From sequence record SRR31156797_1620: a stretch of 32,932 nucleotides of DNA. The stretch is one strand, 5' to 3'. The position numbers and the translations under genes are program-made. Below are positions 9,078 through 17,251 of this stretch, piece by piece; positions within the stretch are counted from its first letter, which is position 1; each line of letters opens with the position of its first letter. Under the pieces are notes generated by a model. That model saw nothing but the letters and a program-made list of their open reading frames with translations. It did not search any database and was not told where the DNA came from.

Positions 9078-10389
9078 GGTCGAGTACCTTTGCTGTTGTT
9101 AATAAGACAATGAAGATAGCCAGCAACAATGGTAACGTCAGACTCAGAGACAATTGGTACTCTGAGAAGACAATGCTAGCGTATAGATATGATAAGTAAA
9201 TCAAGACGCCTATGATGGCAAATGCACAGGCAAAAACAGAAAGCTGCCTATATCGTGACTCAAGAAGAGTTGAAGATACAATTCCCCAGTAAAGCACTAA
9301 CAAGACAATACAGATCAAGGTGTAAAACGTATAAGCCACCTTAAGGGAATGGCTAGCTGTTACGTCACTAGCTGGGTGCAGGTAGTAATGACCATCAACT
9401 AGGTTCAAGTACGCACTTATATGCGCATAGACGCCTGGCAGTTTTCCATCATGTCCTGCCTGTTTGGATAACCCTGACCAGATCAGTACTCTGTTGAAAA
9501 ATGAGTCTGTACTTTGCGAACCAATATAAAAATGATCTTGATTGACATCCCATGTGGTCGCCACAAAAACCGTCTTACCTTCCACATCAATCAAGTCATT
9601 TTCTAACTTAAACGCCAAGTCCCACGCACTATAGGTTCTGTTATCCAACTCTGACAAATTGTTGGGAACCACTAACCAATATCGCCCATTTGAAACAAGG
9701 TTGTCTGGAATGCCGACTGCACTCTTTCGCAGTTCTGTATTATTTCCAGCATTATGCGAACGGTGAAACACAGCTAATGACAAAGAGGGTACCCTTTCAT
9801 TATTTACTACCTGATAATAGACCAGACTATTGACGGCACCATAGCGATCTTCGGTGTCAAAGAGCGACAGTTTTCCCCAGTTGTACATTAGTATGTCACC
9901 AGGGAACAGGTTCTTAGGAGGCGCAACTTCAATAGCACGGTTTCCTCGGTAAACAACCTGGCTACCTACTACTATCTTGTTTTTCAGTATTTCAGATATA
10001 GGGAACGCTTCTCCTGAGTAATCGAACAAATAGTCCAGAACGACCAGTTTCGCCTCGTGTTTCACAAGCAATTCGGCCAACTCTAGAATATCTCTTCGGG
10101 TTTCAGGAAAAGAGGTTTCGTGTGAAAACTGTCTGTCGAATGTCACCAACGCAATATCCGACATGGAAGGGCTCTGATACTCTTGTTCGAAGGAGCGGAT
10201 CGCGCTCACTGAAAACACATCATTACCACTGAAGTAGTCCAAACTTGAGATCACTATCAGCGCTGTCACGATCGGAAACAAAAACGTGAGCATTACCATT
10301 TTTATCAATCTTGATGTGTACGTACCCGACATCCATTGAACAGAAGAAAATACCTGCTGACTCTTATAATTTCTAAGGACCCGTTTCAA
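8881..10389 (-). CDS. CHASE2-domain membrane sensor lacking a cytoplasmic output domain
   Basis: N-terminal TM. CHASE2 motifs: DIALVTFD, AKLVVLDYLFD, PSLSLAV, GKTVFV, LPGVYAH...NL. Three C-terminal TMs follow, then only a short tail that overlaps the next gene. Start codon uncertain. Confidence 0.85.
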   Translation of the reverse strand: MKRVLRNYKSQQVFSSVQWMSGTYTSRLIKMVMLTFLFPIVTALIVISSLDYFSGNDVFSVSAIRSFEQEYQSPSMSDIALVTFDRQFSHETSFPETRRDILELAELLVKHEAKLVVLDYLFDYSGEAFPISEILKNKIVVGSQVVYRGNRAIEVAPPKNLFPGDILMYNWGKLSLFDTEDRYGAVNSLVYYQVVNNERVPSLSLAVFHRSHNAGNNTELRKSAVGIPDNLVSNGRYWLVVPNNLSELDNRTYSAWDLAFKLENDLIDVEGKTVFVATTWDVNQDHFYIGSQSTDSFFNRVLIWSGLSKQAGHDGKLPGVYAHISAYLNLVDGHYYLHPASDVTASHSLKVAYTFYTLICIVLLVLYWGIVSSTLLESRYRQLSVFACAFAIIGVLIYLSYLYASIVFSEYQLSLSLTLPLLLAIFIVLLTTAKVLDRDKKNNHADHLKELPHYAVSVPVIPYSGWQHQGDESVSCRSKRGSYGTFTQSNRTDRAQGEQYDL

Positions 10390-11014
10390 AATACATCAAT
10401 CCATGAGTTCATAAAACACGCATCACTCTAGGTATGCACTTACATAAACCGTTTAAGGTAAGAGCACCAATAAGTAAACCAGTCTTTCATATTAAATAAA
10501 TATTAGTAAATCAAGATGAATAAGTGACAATTATGAGAACTAGATCGTCAATCAATGGCTCTAATCTATATAGTTCACCGTAATCTACGTGCGACTAATA
10601 GAGTAATCCTAAACTTAAAAACCACTTCTTAACGTTAACCACATATTAATAGGTTTTAATGTGACTGCATTTACCAATACTTATATACGCTTTAAAAATT
10701 CCATAGTTTCAATAAGTAATAATACACAATCAGAAAAATACAGATCATTCGTTACCATCAACGAACAAATAGTACATTTCTCACTGTATTCATACAAAAA
10801 TGTCGTTAAACTTCAATAAAACTTCTTCTATATGTTCAGTTTCAACGAAAAGAAGAGTCTGCATTTAACAAGAACTACCAACATCAAATAAAATATATGG
10901 TTAACCGAGAGTTTAAAAAATAATGACGCTTTACCCTTGTAAATAGCAACGGCGCATTAAACTACCGCACTATAATGATTTATTCTTGTCATTCCTGACC
11001 TAGAGGCAATTACG

Positions 11015-11800
11015 ATGAAAATTAATAGAATAAGATTATGTGTGATGCTATTGGTAAGTTTCGGGGGAGTGTATTCTGCTTCCGCAGGAAACTACGAACA
11101 TGGCAATTATCCCATGTTTTCACATTCACAATTATTTTCAACGGGCGACACGGTTAGCAGTCGCCCAAATAAAATCAGCAATGCAATCGAATCAAACCAA
11201 ACTGTTAGCCTAGGATACGACAACAAATTTCGCAGTGCAAAACGCTATATATTTCCAGAACAATATTTTGGAAAGAGCTATTACCCCGACAAACTAATGA
11301 CTAGTCAGTTTGTTGATTCTTTTCAACAAGTCATCGCAGAGTTTGCATGTGCAGAATACCGATTCAGAAATAGGATGCCAGAACAAACTGAGTGTGACGG
11401 TTATATTGGAGATCAAAACAAAGTAGAGGAAATGCCTTTTGTATCTGGTCAATATAGTTCAGCAAGAATTGAAGTTAATCGTGACTCTAAACGAGAACAA
11501 GTAAGCTTCTACACTTACTTGAAGAGTTCATCAGAGCGACCTTTAAGTAGCACTTTTGGAGCGGTACACCAATTAGGTACTTTATTTGGAAGAATGGCAA
11601 GCAGTAAAAGCTTAGTGCTAAGTCTTAATTTAGAAGCGTTTACTCTTGATAGCGACGGGATTCGGTTATCTCCAATAAATAACAAACCCCTGACCTATTT
11701 TATTGTCATCCCCAAATCTGCAGATATAGCAAAACAGAAGAACCAAGATACAGCAGCTCGGTTTGTCTTGCAAAACGCAAAACTGATCTTACTTAGGTAG
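11015..11800 (+). CDS. Hypothetical secreted protein
   Basis: SD GAGG, signal peptide ending ASA, 261-aa ORF. No family recognised. Confidence 0.75.
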   Translation: MKINRIRLCVMLLVSFGGVYSASAGNYEHGNYPMFSHSQLFSTGDTVSSRPNKISNAIESNQTVSLGYDNKFRSAKRYIFPEQYFGKSYYPDKLMTSQFVDSFQQVIAEFACAEYRFRNRMPEQTECDGYIGDQNKVEEMPFVSGQYSSARIEVNRDSKREQVSFYTYLKSSSERPLSSTFGAVHQLGTLFGRMASSKSLVLSLNLEAFTLDSDGIRLSPINNKPLTYFIVIPKSADIAKQKNQDTAARFVLQNAKLILLR

Positions 11801-11953
11801 TTCAAAAACCATCGCCAAGCTGTAAGCACAATTGTCTAATTTACTTATCAGTGAAATAACCGTGATTAAATAGTGGGCTGGCTTCTATATCAAGAACTGA
11901 ATAGCCACCGAGTCGGATATTAGTTCGCCTTTTCTAATATTACTTCTCGTACT

Positions 11954-12073
11954 CTACAGGTTACAGCAATGTTCCAATGAGCTTTCGCACATGATGGTGC
12001 AGCCATTTTTTACACTAACAAACTTATAAACGTTTTTGTTTGCTGAAGGTTTTAGAAGATTGTGAACGCACAT
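11954..12073 (-). pseudogene. tnsA: Truncated/frameshifted TnsA endonuclease N-terminus
   Basis: Hand translation gives MCVHNLLKPSANKNVYKFVSVKNGCTIMCESSLEHCCNL* behind SD AAGGA. This matches the recalled I-F3 CAST TnsA start (MYIRNLRKPSPNKNVFKFAS.K....MCESSLE), and it sits directly inside a right end, where tnsA belongs. Confidence 0.85.
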
Positions 12074-12104
12074 AACCTGTCCTTTTTCTGTTGTAAAAAA
12101 CAAC

Positions 12105-12161
12105 CAAAATAGGCTTTGGACACTTTATGGGTTTTATTGGGATGTTTTATGATATCAGATA
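12105..12161 (-). repeat. Degenerate Tn7-like right end with closely spaced TnsB-type sites
   Basis: Cores at 12151 (CATAAAACATCC), 12129 (CATAAAGTGTCC) and a weak one at 12113. The terminus reads TAT rather than TGT and is 2 bp short relative to the left end. Confidence 0.7.
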
Positions 12162-12167
12162 TCAGAT

Positions 12168-12275
12168 GGGTGGAAGCCCCAGCCACATCCCGGCACACAC
12201 GTCATCCGCTGTGGCTGCTTCCTTCCGGATCTGACCAAGTTCACGAACTAGTGTTGCGGGAGGACCAGGGCCTCC
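12168..12275 (-). ncRNA. ffs: Signal recognition particle 4.5S RNA
   Basis: The minus strand contains the conserved GGTCAGATCCGGAAGGAAGCAGCC domain IV, with pairing 5' GGAGGCCCTGG and 3' CTGGGGCTTCC ends. Confidence 0.97.
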
Positions 12276-12312
12276 ATAGAGCATCTTTGGTTTGCGCCAA
12301 AGAGTGGGAAGG

Positions 12313-12341
12313 ATTATCAAGCATCGACTGCTTCATTGCAA
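12313..12341 (-). promoter_or_regulatory. Sigma70 promoter of ffs
   Basis: -35 TTGCAA (12341-12336), 17-bp spacer, -10 GATAAT (12318-12313). Confidence 0.7.
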
Positions 12342-12401
12342 GTCTAATTCCCAGTTATGTCTCTGTTTACGAATCAATTGGCTATCAATTAGGCAAATCG
12401 A

Positions 12402-14426
12402 CTAATTATGTTGCGAACCGTTTTGCTTTGCGCGAATCGGAGTAACAATAGCAGCCCGTTTATGCTTTGCTTCATACATCGCTTGATCGGTTTGGTGCAT
12501 CACCTCTTGCAATGACATGTATTTACCACGATTGGCAGAGATCCCCACCGCTGCGGTCACTTCAAAGCTGACATCTCTTTCAACATCAACAAAGATAAAA
12601 CGCTTAAGATACGCACGTAGCTCTTCCAGTTTATCGACTTTGATGTTGCCCACTAACACAAACTCATCACCTCCGATACGGTACGCTCGACCTTTCCATA
12701 CCTGCGCAATACGTTGAGAAAACTGCTTTAGGACTTTATCGCCGATCTCATGCCCGTAATTATCATTGATTTGTTTGAAGTGGTTTAGATCCAAATAGAC
12801 AAGCGTACACTTACCAGCAATTCCTCGCTTATATCGACGATACAGGGATCGACGGTTACGAAGTTTGGTCAAGTTGTCGGTATTGGATTGTTGATGTAGA
12901 TACAAAGCGACCATGACGAGCAGAGCCATCGCGATGAGGAATAACCATTGGCTGTGACGGGTAAAGCGCTTTTCGACCGCTAAAGTAGCGCGCCAATCCG
13001 GTAGGTAATCGTAGGTTTTCACTATTTTTTGTGTATCCATCATTTTGATGGCTCTTGAAAACAAAGAGGATAGTGTTTCGCCAAACGGTGTTTTGGTAAA
13101 ACCGATTGCCGTATCAAAAGAATAAAAGCTACCAATCATTGTGTCTTCAACAAATGGTACTAAGTCATCCGACTCTCTTAAGAATTGATTAAAGTTCCCT
13201 CGACTCATGACAATATAATCTACTTCTTTCGAATATAGAGCATCGATTAAGTCAGCTTGAGCGGGTACCGTTATTAACGTTTTCCTTGGTAACATTCGGC
13301 TTAATAGATCTTCGAAGAAATCATCTTTCACAACACCAATGCGTTCTGCGACGAGTTCAGACACATTACTGTAGACAAAATCTTTGTAGCCTTCCCTTTT
13401 CACCAGAATGGCTTCTGGGTGATAGTAACTATCACTAAAATTAACCAGTTCTTTGCGCTGTTCAGTCACGGTTAGCGGCGCAATAATATCAATTTTATGT
13501 TGGCGAATATCATTGTACATACTCTCCCAAGACTCGCTGGCTGTACTGGCTAATTCGCATTTCAGCAATAAAATGTCGCACGCTTTAAAAACCACATCCG
13601 CGCTGATACCACTGACTTCACCATCAAGGTGATAAGTTGTGTATGGCGGAACATTCTCTAGTTTTATTTTGAGCGGACGCTGCAAATTGATGCCACCATC
13701 AATCACAGCCTGACGCAAAGCATGTTTACGAATATCAAACTGATACTTTTGGATAGACTCGCGCAATAGTTTCTGAACTTTCGCAGAATGAACGTAATGT
13801 TCGATCTGATTCAACAGTTCGTTGTGTTTATCCAACGGCGCAATAATAGAAACGGGTTGAATGGACAATTGATCATTGAGCAACTGAGCATCAAAACCTT
13901 TTAATAGCATCGGCTTAAGCTGATTAATTGCATCGACCGTACCATCCACCGCTGAAAGCTCGAGTAATCGTTGAGCGTGGGCTGAACCGTAATAGTTCAC
14001 TAGCTTAATTTGAGGAAAATTCTGCTTAATTAAATCACCATAAATCGTGCCGGCAGGCACACCGACTACACTCATATCCTCCAACTTATTGTTGGTTTTA
14101 CTGAATAAATAGGTGTACTCAATGTTGGTTGGACGCGAGAAAGAAAAACGCTTTTCCCGTTCAGGCGTGTAAGTAACATTCGCTGCAAAGTCACTTTTAC
14201 CCGCTTCTACAGACTTTAAAATGGAATCGAAACTGGGGTAATTTACGTATTCAACATCGATATTAAAGTGATAGGCGACATCATCAAAAATGACGCGCGT
14301 CACTACATCGTCAGCTTCTGTTGCGACAAGGTATGTTTTGATTGAATCATTTGCAGCAAAGGCTGGCGACTGTGCAAGACACAGTAACACCAACAACCTA
14401 CTACAAATCGTTAGAGCCCTAGACAT
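12402..14426 (-). CDS. cdgH: Diguanylate cyclase with two periplasmic substrate-binding (family 3) domains
   Basis: Signal peptide, tandem PBP domains, TM, DNLTKLRNRR and an intact GGDEF with no RxxD I-site. Architecture and synteny match V. cholerae CdgH. Confidence 0.85.
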   Translation of the reverse strand: MSRALTICSRLLVLLCLAQSPAFAANDSIKTYLVATEADDVVTRVIFDDVAYHFNIDVEYVNYPSFDSILKSVEAGKSDFAANVTYTPEREKRFSFSRPTNIEYTYLFSKTNNKLEDMSVVGVPAGTIYGDLIKQNFPQIKLVNYYGSAHAQRLLELSAVDGTVDAINQLKPMLLKGFDAQLLNDQLSIQPVSIIAPLDKHNELLNQIEHYVHSAKVQKLLRESIQKYQFDIRKHALRQAVIDGGINLQRPLKIKLENVPPYTTYHLDGEVSGISADVVFKACDILLLKCELASTASESWESMYNDIRQHKIDIIAPLTVTEQRKELVNFSDSYYHPEAILVKREGYKDFVYSNVSELVAERIGVVKDDFFEDLLSRMLPRKTLITVPAQADLIDALYSKEVDYIVMSRGNFNQFLRESDDLVPFVEDTMIGSFYSFDTAIGFTKTPFGETLSSLFSRAIKMMDTQKIVKTYDYLPDWRATLAVEKRFTRHSQWLFLIAMALLVMVALYLHQQSNTDNLTKLRNRRSLYRRYKRGIAGKCTLVYLDLNHFKQINDNYGHEIGDKVLKQFSQRIAQVWKGRAYRIGGDEFVLVGNIKVDKLEELRAYLKRFIFVDVERDVSFEVTAAVGISANRGKYMSLQEVMHQTDQAMYEAKHKRAAIVTPIRAKQNGSQHN

Positions 14427-14632
14427 AGACGTTTATTGTATGTTTTTTTGAATTTTTAATATTATTTAATAATATCTAAACTATTCTAGATTGCACAATT
14501 TTTCATTTAATGAGCATCATAAGTTTGCACTAGATTTGATTTTTATATGCATGACGACTCATTTAGTGCTGAACCACACAAATCGATAGCTAGAATTGGA
14601 TTTGTTAATTATAGACTCAGGATTTGGCAAAC

Positions 14633-14935
14633 ATGGACCAATTTTTAACTCAGATTTTTACGGTTATTTATGACATTCCGGAAGGAAAAGTATCAACTTA
14701 CGGAGAAATCGCGAAAATGGCGGGTTACCCAGGTTATGCTCGCCATGTGGGTAAAGCATTAAGCAAGCTACCGAAAGGAAGTAAAATGCCATGGTATCGA
14801 GTGATCAACAGTAAAGGCGAAATCTCTTTGACTGGCCCAGACTGGGAACGCCAACGCGAACGTTTAGTTTCAGAAGGCATTGCGGTAAGCAGTTTGGGGA
14901 AGATTTCGCTCAATAAATACAAGTGGCAGCCATAA
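14633..14935 (+). CDS. atl: Alkyltransferase-like protein (MGMT family, YbaZ/Atl)
   Basis: IPEGKVSTYGEIA, ARHVG and PWYRV (Trp in place of the catalytic Cys). Confidence 0.88.
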   Translation: MDQFLTQIFTVIYDIPEGKVSTYGEIAKMAGYPGYARHVGKALSKLPKGSKMPWYRVINSKGEISLTGPDWERQRERLVSEGIAVSSLGKISLNKYKWQP

Positions 14936-14945
14936 CGCTGCCACT
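14922..14945. terminator. Hairpin between convergent atl and ybaY
   Basis: AGTGGCAGC-N6-GCTGCCACT. Confidence 0.55.
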
Positions 14946-14968
14946 CTCCAACACTCTGAACTATCGTA

Positions 14969-15406
14969 TTACTTTGAACTTACACCGACCAAACGCATAT
15001 CAACATGTTTAGTGCTGTCGCCATCGGTAATAACACCATAACTGGTATCGGTGATAAAGCGCAGTTTGCCGTTAACCTCAATACGCGCAGATACTGTATA
15101 ACGGTGCTTAGGCTGAATTTTCGAACTGTCATAAGAGAGATCAAAAGTCAGTGGGACTTGATGGCCATTGGTGATGAACTGCTGCTTAGCAATAACCTCG
15201 GCAGGCGCGTCCATCTTAGACACATCTTGCAGCGATACAGTAACTTTCGCATCATCCGGTAGCAGAATACGTTCGCGGTATGCAATTGTGCCTGTCACTG
15301 ACTGAATTTTTTGTTCTGTCATTTTTGTCCCCGATGATTCGCATCCAACAAGAAATACCGAGCCCATCACTAACGCTGCTATATATAAAAGTGCTTTTTT
15401 CATCAT
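14969..15406 (-). CDS. ybaY: YbaY-family lipoprotein
   Basis: Lipobox LVGC; VTGTIAYRERILLP, LQDVSKMDAPA and GHQVPLTFDL. Confidence 0.9.
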   Translation of the reverse strand: MMKKALLYIAALVMGSVFLVGCESSGTKMTEQKIQSVTGTIAYRERILLPDDAKVTVSLQDVSKMDAPAEVIAKQQFITNGHQVPLTFDLSYDSSKIQPKHRYTVSARIEVNGKLRFITDTSYGVITDGDSTKHVDMRLVGVSSK

Positions 15407-15625
15407 ATTTTCTAGCCCTATTTGATTTATAAATCATTATAGATTCAACATCATACCCTGTCATTGTATGCTTTACTTATTGACAAATAACTGACTCAAT
15501 CAACAAACTGTACATTCGAGCGATTAAGAAATGTCTGGGTAAATATTCGTTTAACATGCCCAATACGCATTTTGAAATGACTTGAGTACAATAATTAAGA
15601 TTATAAAAAACAAAGGTGTGAGGTT

Positions 15626-16486
15626 ATGAGTAAACCATTGCAAGAATTATTAAATTTGCTGCAATTAGAAAAATTAGAAGAAGGTTTATACCGCGGTGAG
15701 AGTGAGAACTTAGGTTTACCACAAGTGTATGGGGGTCAAGTCATTGGTCAAGCACTCTCTGCGGCTCACTACACCGTCGATCCCACTCGTACCGTACACT
15801 CTTTCCATAGCTACTTTTTATACCCGGGCGATCCGGAAAAACCGATTATTTATGATGTAGAAAACCTTCGTGACGGAAGAAGTTTTAGTACTCGCCGCGT
15901 TAAAGCTATCCAAAACGGTCGGCCAATTTTTTACCTTACCGCCTCTTACCATGGCGAGGCTGAAGGGTTTGATCACCAAAATACCATGCCTGATATCCCA
16001 GGCCCTGAAAACTTTGCGTCGGAGTCTGAACTGGTCGCCAACGTTGCACATCTACTGCCGGAAAAACTACAGAAAATGTTCTGTGGTGAAAAGCCGATTG
16101 AGATGCGTCCTGTTACCGTCATCAACCCAATGAAACCGCAAAAAGCCGAGCCTAAGCAATACCTTTGGATGCGTGCCAACGGAACCATGCCAGACAATCA
16201 GTTAATCCATCAATACTTGTTGGGCTATGCATCCGATTGGGGATTCTTAGTGACAGCTCTTCACCCACATGAAGTGTCTTTACTAACACCAAAGTTTCAG
16301 GTCGCAACTATCGACCACTCCATTTGGTACCACCGCCCATTTAAAATGGACGACTGGTTGCTGTTTGCGATCGAAAGCCCGACCGCGAGTAACACCCGTG
16401 GATTAGTTCGCGGAGAAATCTATAACCGTCAAGGTGACTTAGTGGCAACCGCGGTACAAGAAGGTGTCATGAGATTTAAGCCTTAA
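15626..16486 (+). CDS. tesB: Acyl-CoA thioesterase II
   Basis: VYGGQVIGQAL, HSFHSYFL, RDGRSFSTRRV, ATIDHSIW and VQEGVMR. Confidence 0.97.
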   Translation: MSKPLQELLNLLQLEKLEEGLYRGESENLGLPQVYGGQVIGQALSAAHYTVDPTRTVHSFHSYFLYPGDPEKPIIYDVENLRDGRSFSTRRVKAIQNGRPIFYLTASYHGEAEGFDHQNTMPDIPGPENFASESELVANVAHLLPEKLQKMFCGEKPIEMRPVTVINPMKPQKAEPKQYLWMRANGTMPDNQLIHQYLLGYASDWGFLVTALHPHEVSLLTPKFQVATIDHSIWYHRPFKMDDWLLFAIESPTASNTRGLVRGEIYNRQGDLVATAVQEGVMRFKP

Positions 16487-16487
16487 A

Positions 16488-16567
16488 TAGACTCAAGTTA
16501 CCTCAAAATGAGCTCCCGAAAGGTGAGTCTTAATCACTGAACTAGTATCTTGAGGTTACTAGATATA
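16488..16567. repeat. Degenerate ERIC-like miniature inverted-repeat element
   Basis: Imperfect inverted arms AGTTACCTCAAAAT and ATCTTGAGGTTACT (12/14) with TA-like termini. Resembles the dispersed Vibrio CAAGTAACCTCAAGAT repeats. Confidence 0.55.
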
Positions 16568-16571
16568 GCTC

Positions 16572-16602
16572 TTTACCTTCCCCTTGGGTCAAGGCTTACG
16601 CT
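16572..16602 (+). promoter_or_regulatory. MerR/CueR-type promoter-operator
   Basis: -35 TTTACC, 19-bp spacer, -10 TACGCT, with the dyad CCTT-N11-AAGG overlapping the spacer. ACCTTCCCCTTG is the same as the recalled E. coli copA operator left half. Confidence 0.78.
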
Positions 16603-16628
16603 AACTATGAAACCAAAGGGAGGACATT

Positions 16629-16742
16629 ATGGGATGCTGTAATCAACCACCGAAAGGCGGTTCAACCGAAATCAAACCATTACTCAAAGCTTTTGCTGGC
16701 TTACTTATCGCTATCTTGCTGATAGCATTTGTATTTGGTTAA
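16629..16742 (+). CDS. 37-aa single-TM microprotein with N-terminal MGCC motif
   Basis: Strong SD AGGGAGG. Sequence MGCCNQPPKGGSTEIKPLLKAFAGLLIAILLIAFVFG*. It fills the intergenic gap behind its own promoter and falls below the ORF-track cutoff. Confidence 0.8.
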   Translation: MGCCNQPPKGGSTEIKPLLKAFAGLLIAILLIAFVFG

Positions 16743-16750
16743 TCTTAAGC

Positions 16751-17215
16751 TCAAACAGCCAACGGAAGCTCAGTCGTATACTTAAGAGATTCCATTGCAA
16801 ATGTGGATGTGACGTTATTCAGTCCATCCACACTGTTGACCAGCTTTTTGTAAAACTGGTCAAAATCGTTCATATCTTTGGCCAGTACTTTCATCATGTA
16901 ATCATACTCGCCTGCCATTCGATAGAACTCCATCACTTCTGGAAAGTCTTCAACGGTTGCAACAAATCTTCTATACCATTCATGAGAGTGGTCATTAGTT
17001 TGAACCATCACAAACACCGTCAAAGATAAGCCAAGTGCTTCTGGCTCTAACAGAGCGACTCGCTTGTTAATCACTCCTAGCTCTTCAAGCTTTTTGAGTC
17101 GCTTCCAACAAGGTGTGGTGGTGAGATTTACCGCATCAGCAATCTCGTTGAGCGATACTGTGCTGTCTTTCTGCAATATTGCTAATATTTTCCTATCCAC
17201 TTTATCTAAAGACAT
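16751..17215 (-). CDS. decR: Lrp/AsnC-family regulator (DecR/YbaO type)
   Basis: [25 protein letters not shown] and [11 protein letters not shown]. Divergent from a cysteine desulfhydrase. Start moved to ATG 17215. Confidence 0.88.
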   Translation of the reverse strand: MSLDKVDRKILAILQKDSTVSLNEIADAVNLTTTPCWKRLKKLEELGVINKRVALLEPEALGLSLTVFVMVQTNDHSHEWYRRFVATVEDFPEVMEFYRMAGEYDYMMKVLAKDMNDFDQFYKKLVNSVDGLNNVTSTFAMESLKYTTELPLAV

Positions 17216-17228
17216 ACAAAACCCAACA

Positions 17229-17251
17229 TTAAGAGAAAAATTTTCTCTTAA
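17229..17251. promoter_or_regulatory. Palindromic Lrp-family operator
   Basis: TTAAGAGAAAA-A-TTTTCTCTTAA has perfect 11-bp arms and an AG-N9-CT core. A weaker copy lies near 17273-17288. Confidence 0.65.

Larger units (their letters stand above)
4139..12161 (-). mobile_element. Defective (non-autonomous) Tn7-like / type I-F3 CAST-derived element inserted at the 3' end of ffs
   Basis: Left end TGTCGCTGAAACCATAAGATATCC at 4139. Degenerate right end TAT--CTGATATCATAAAACATCC read on minus from 12161. Flanks GCAGA (4134-4138) and TCAGA (12162-12166) match at 4/5. A tnsA remnant lies just inside the right end. No tnsB, tnsC, tniQ or cas genes are left. Confidence 0.8.

Noticed and set aside
11560-11600. 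AVHQLGTLFG resembling a zincin HExxH motif
   Set aside because: It lacks both the Glu and the second His.
12151-12167. GATATCA tandem repeat as an independent repeat or integrase att site
   Set aside because: It is better explained as the decayed right-end terminus plus the target duplication. The window has no integrase and no duplicated ffs 3' end.
12116-12445. 109-aa ORF in the track
   Set aside because: It is antisense to ffs, its promoter and the transposon right end.
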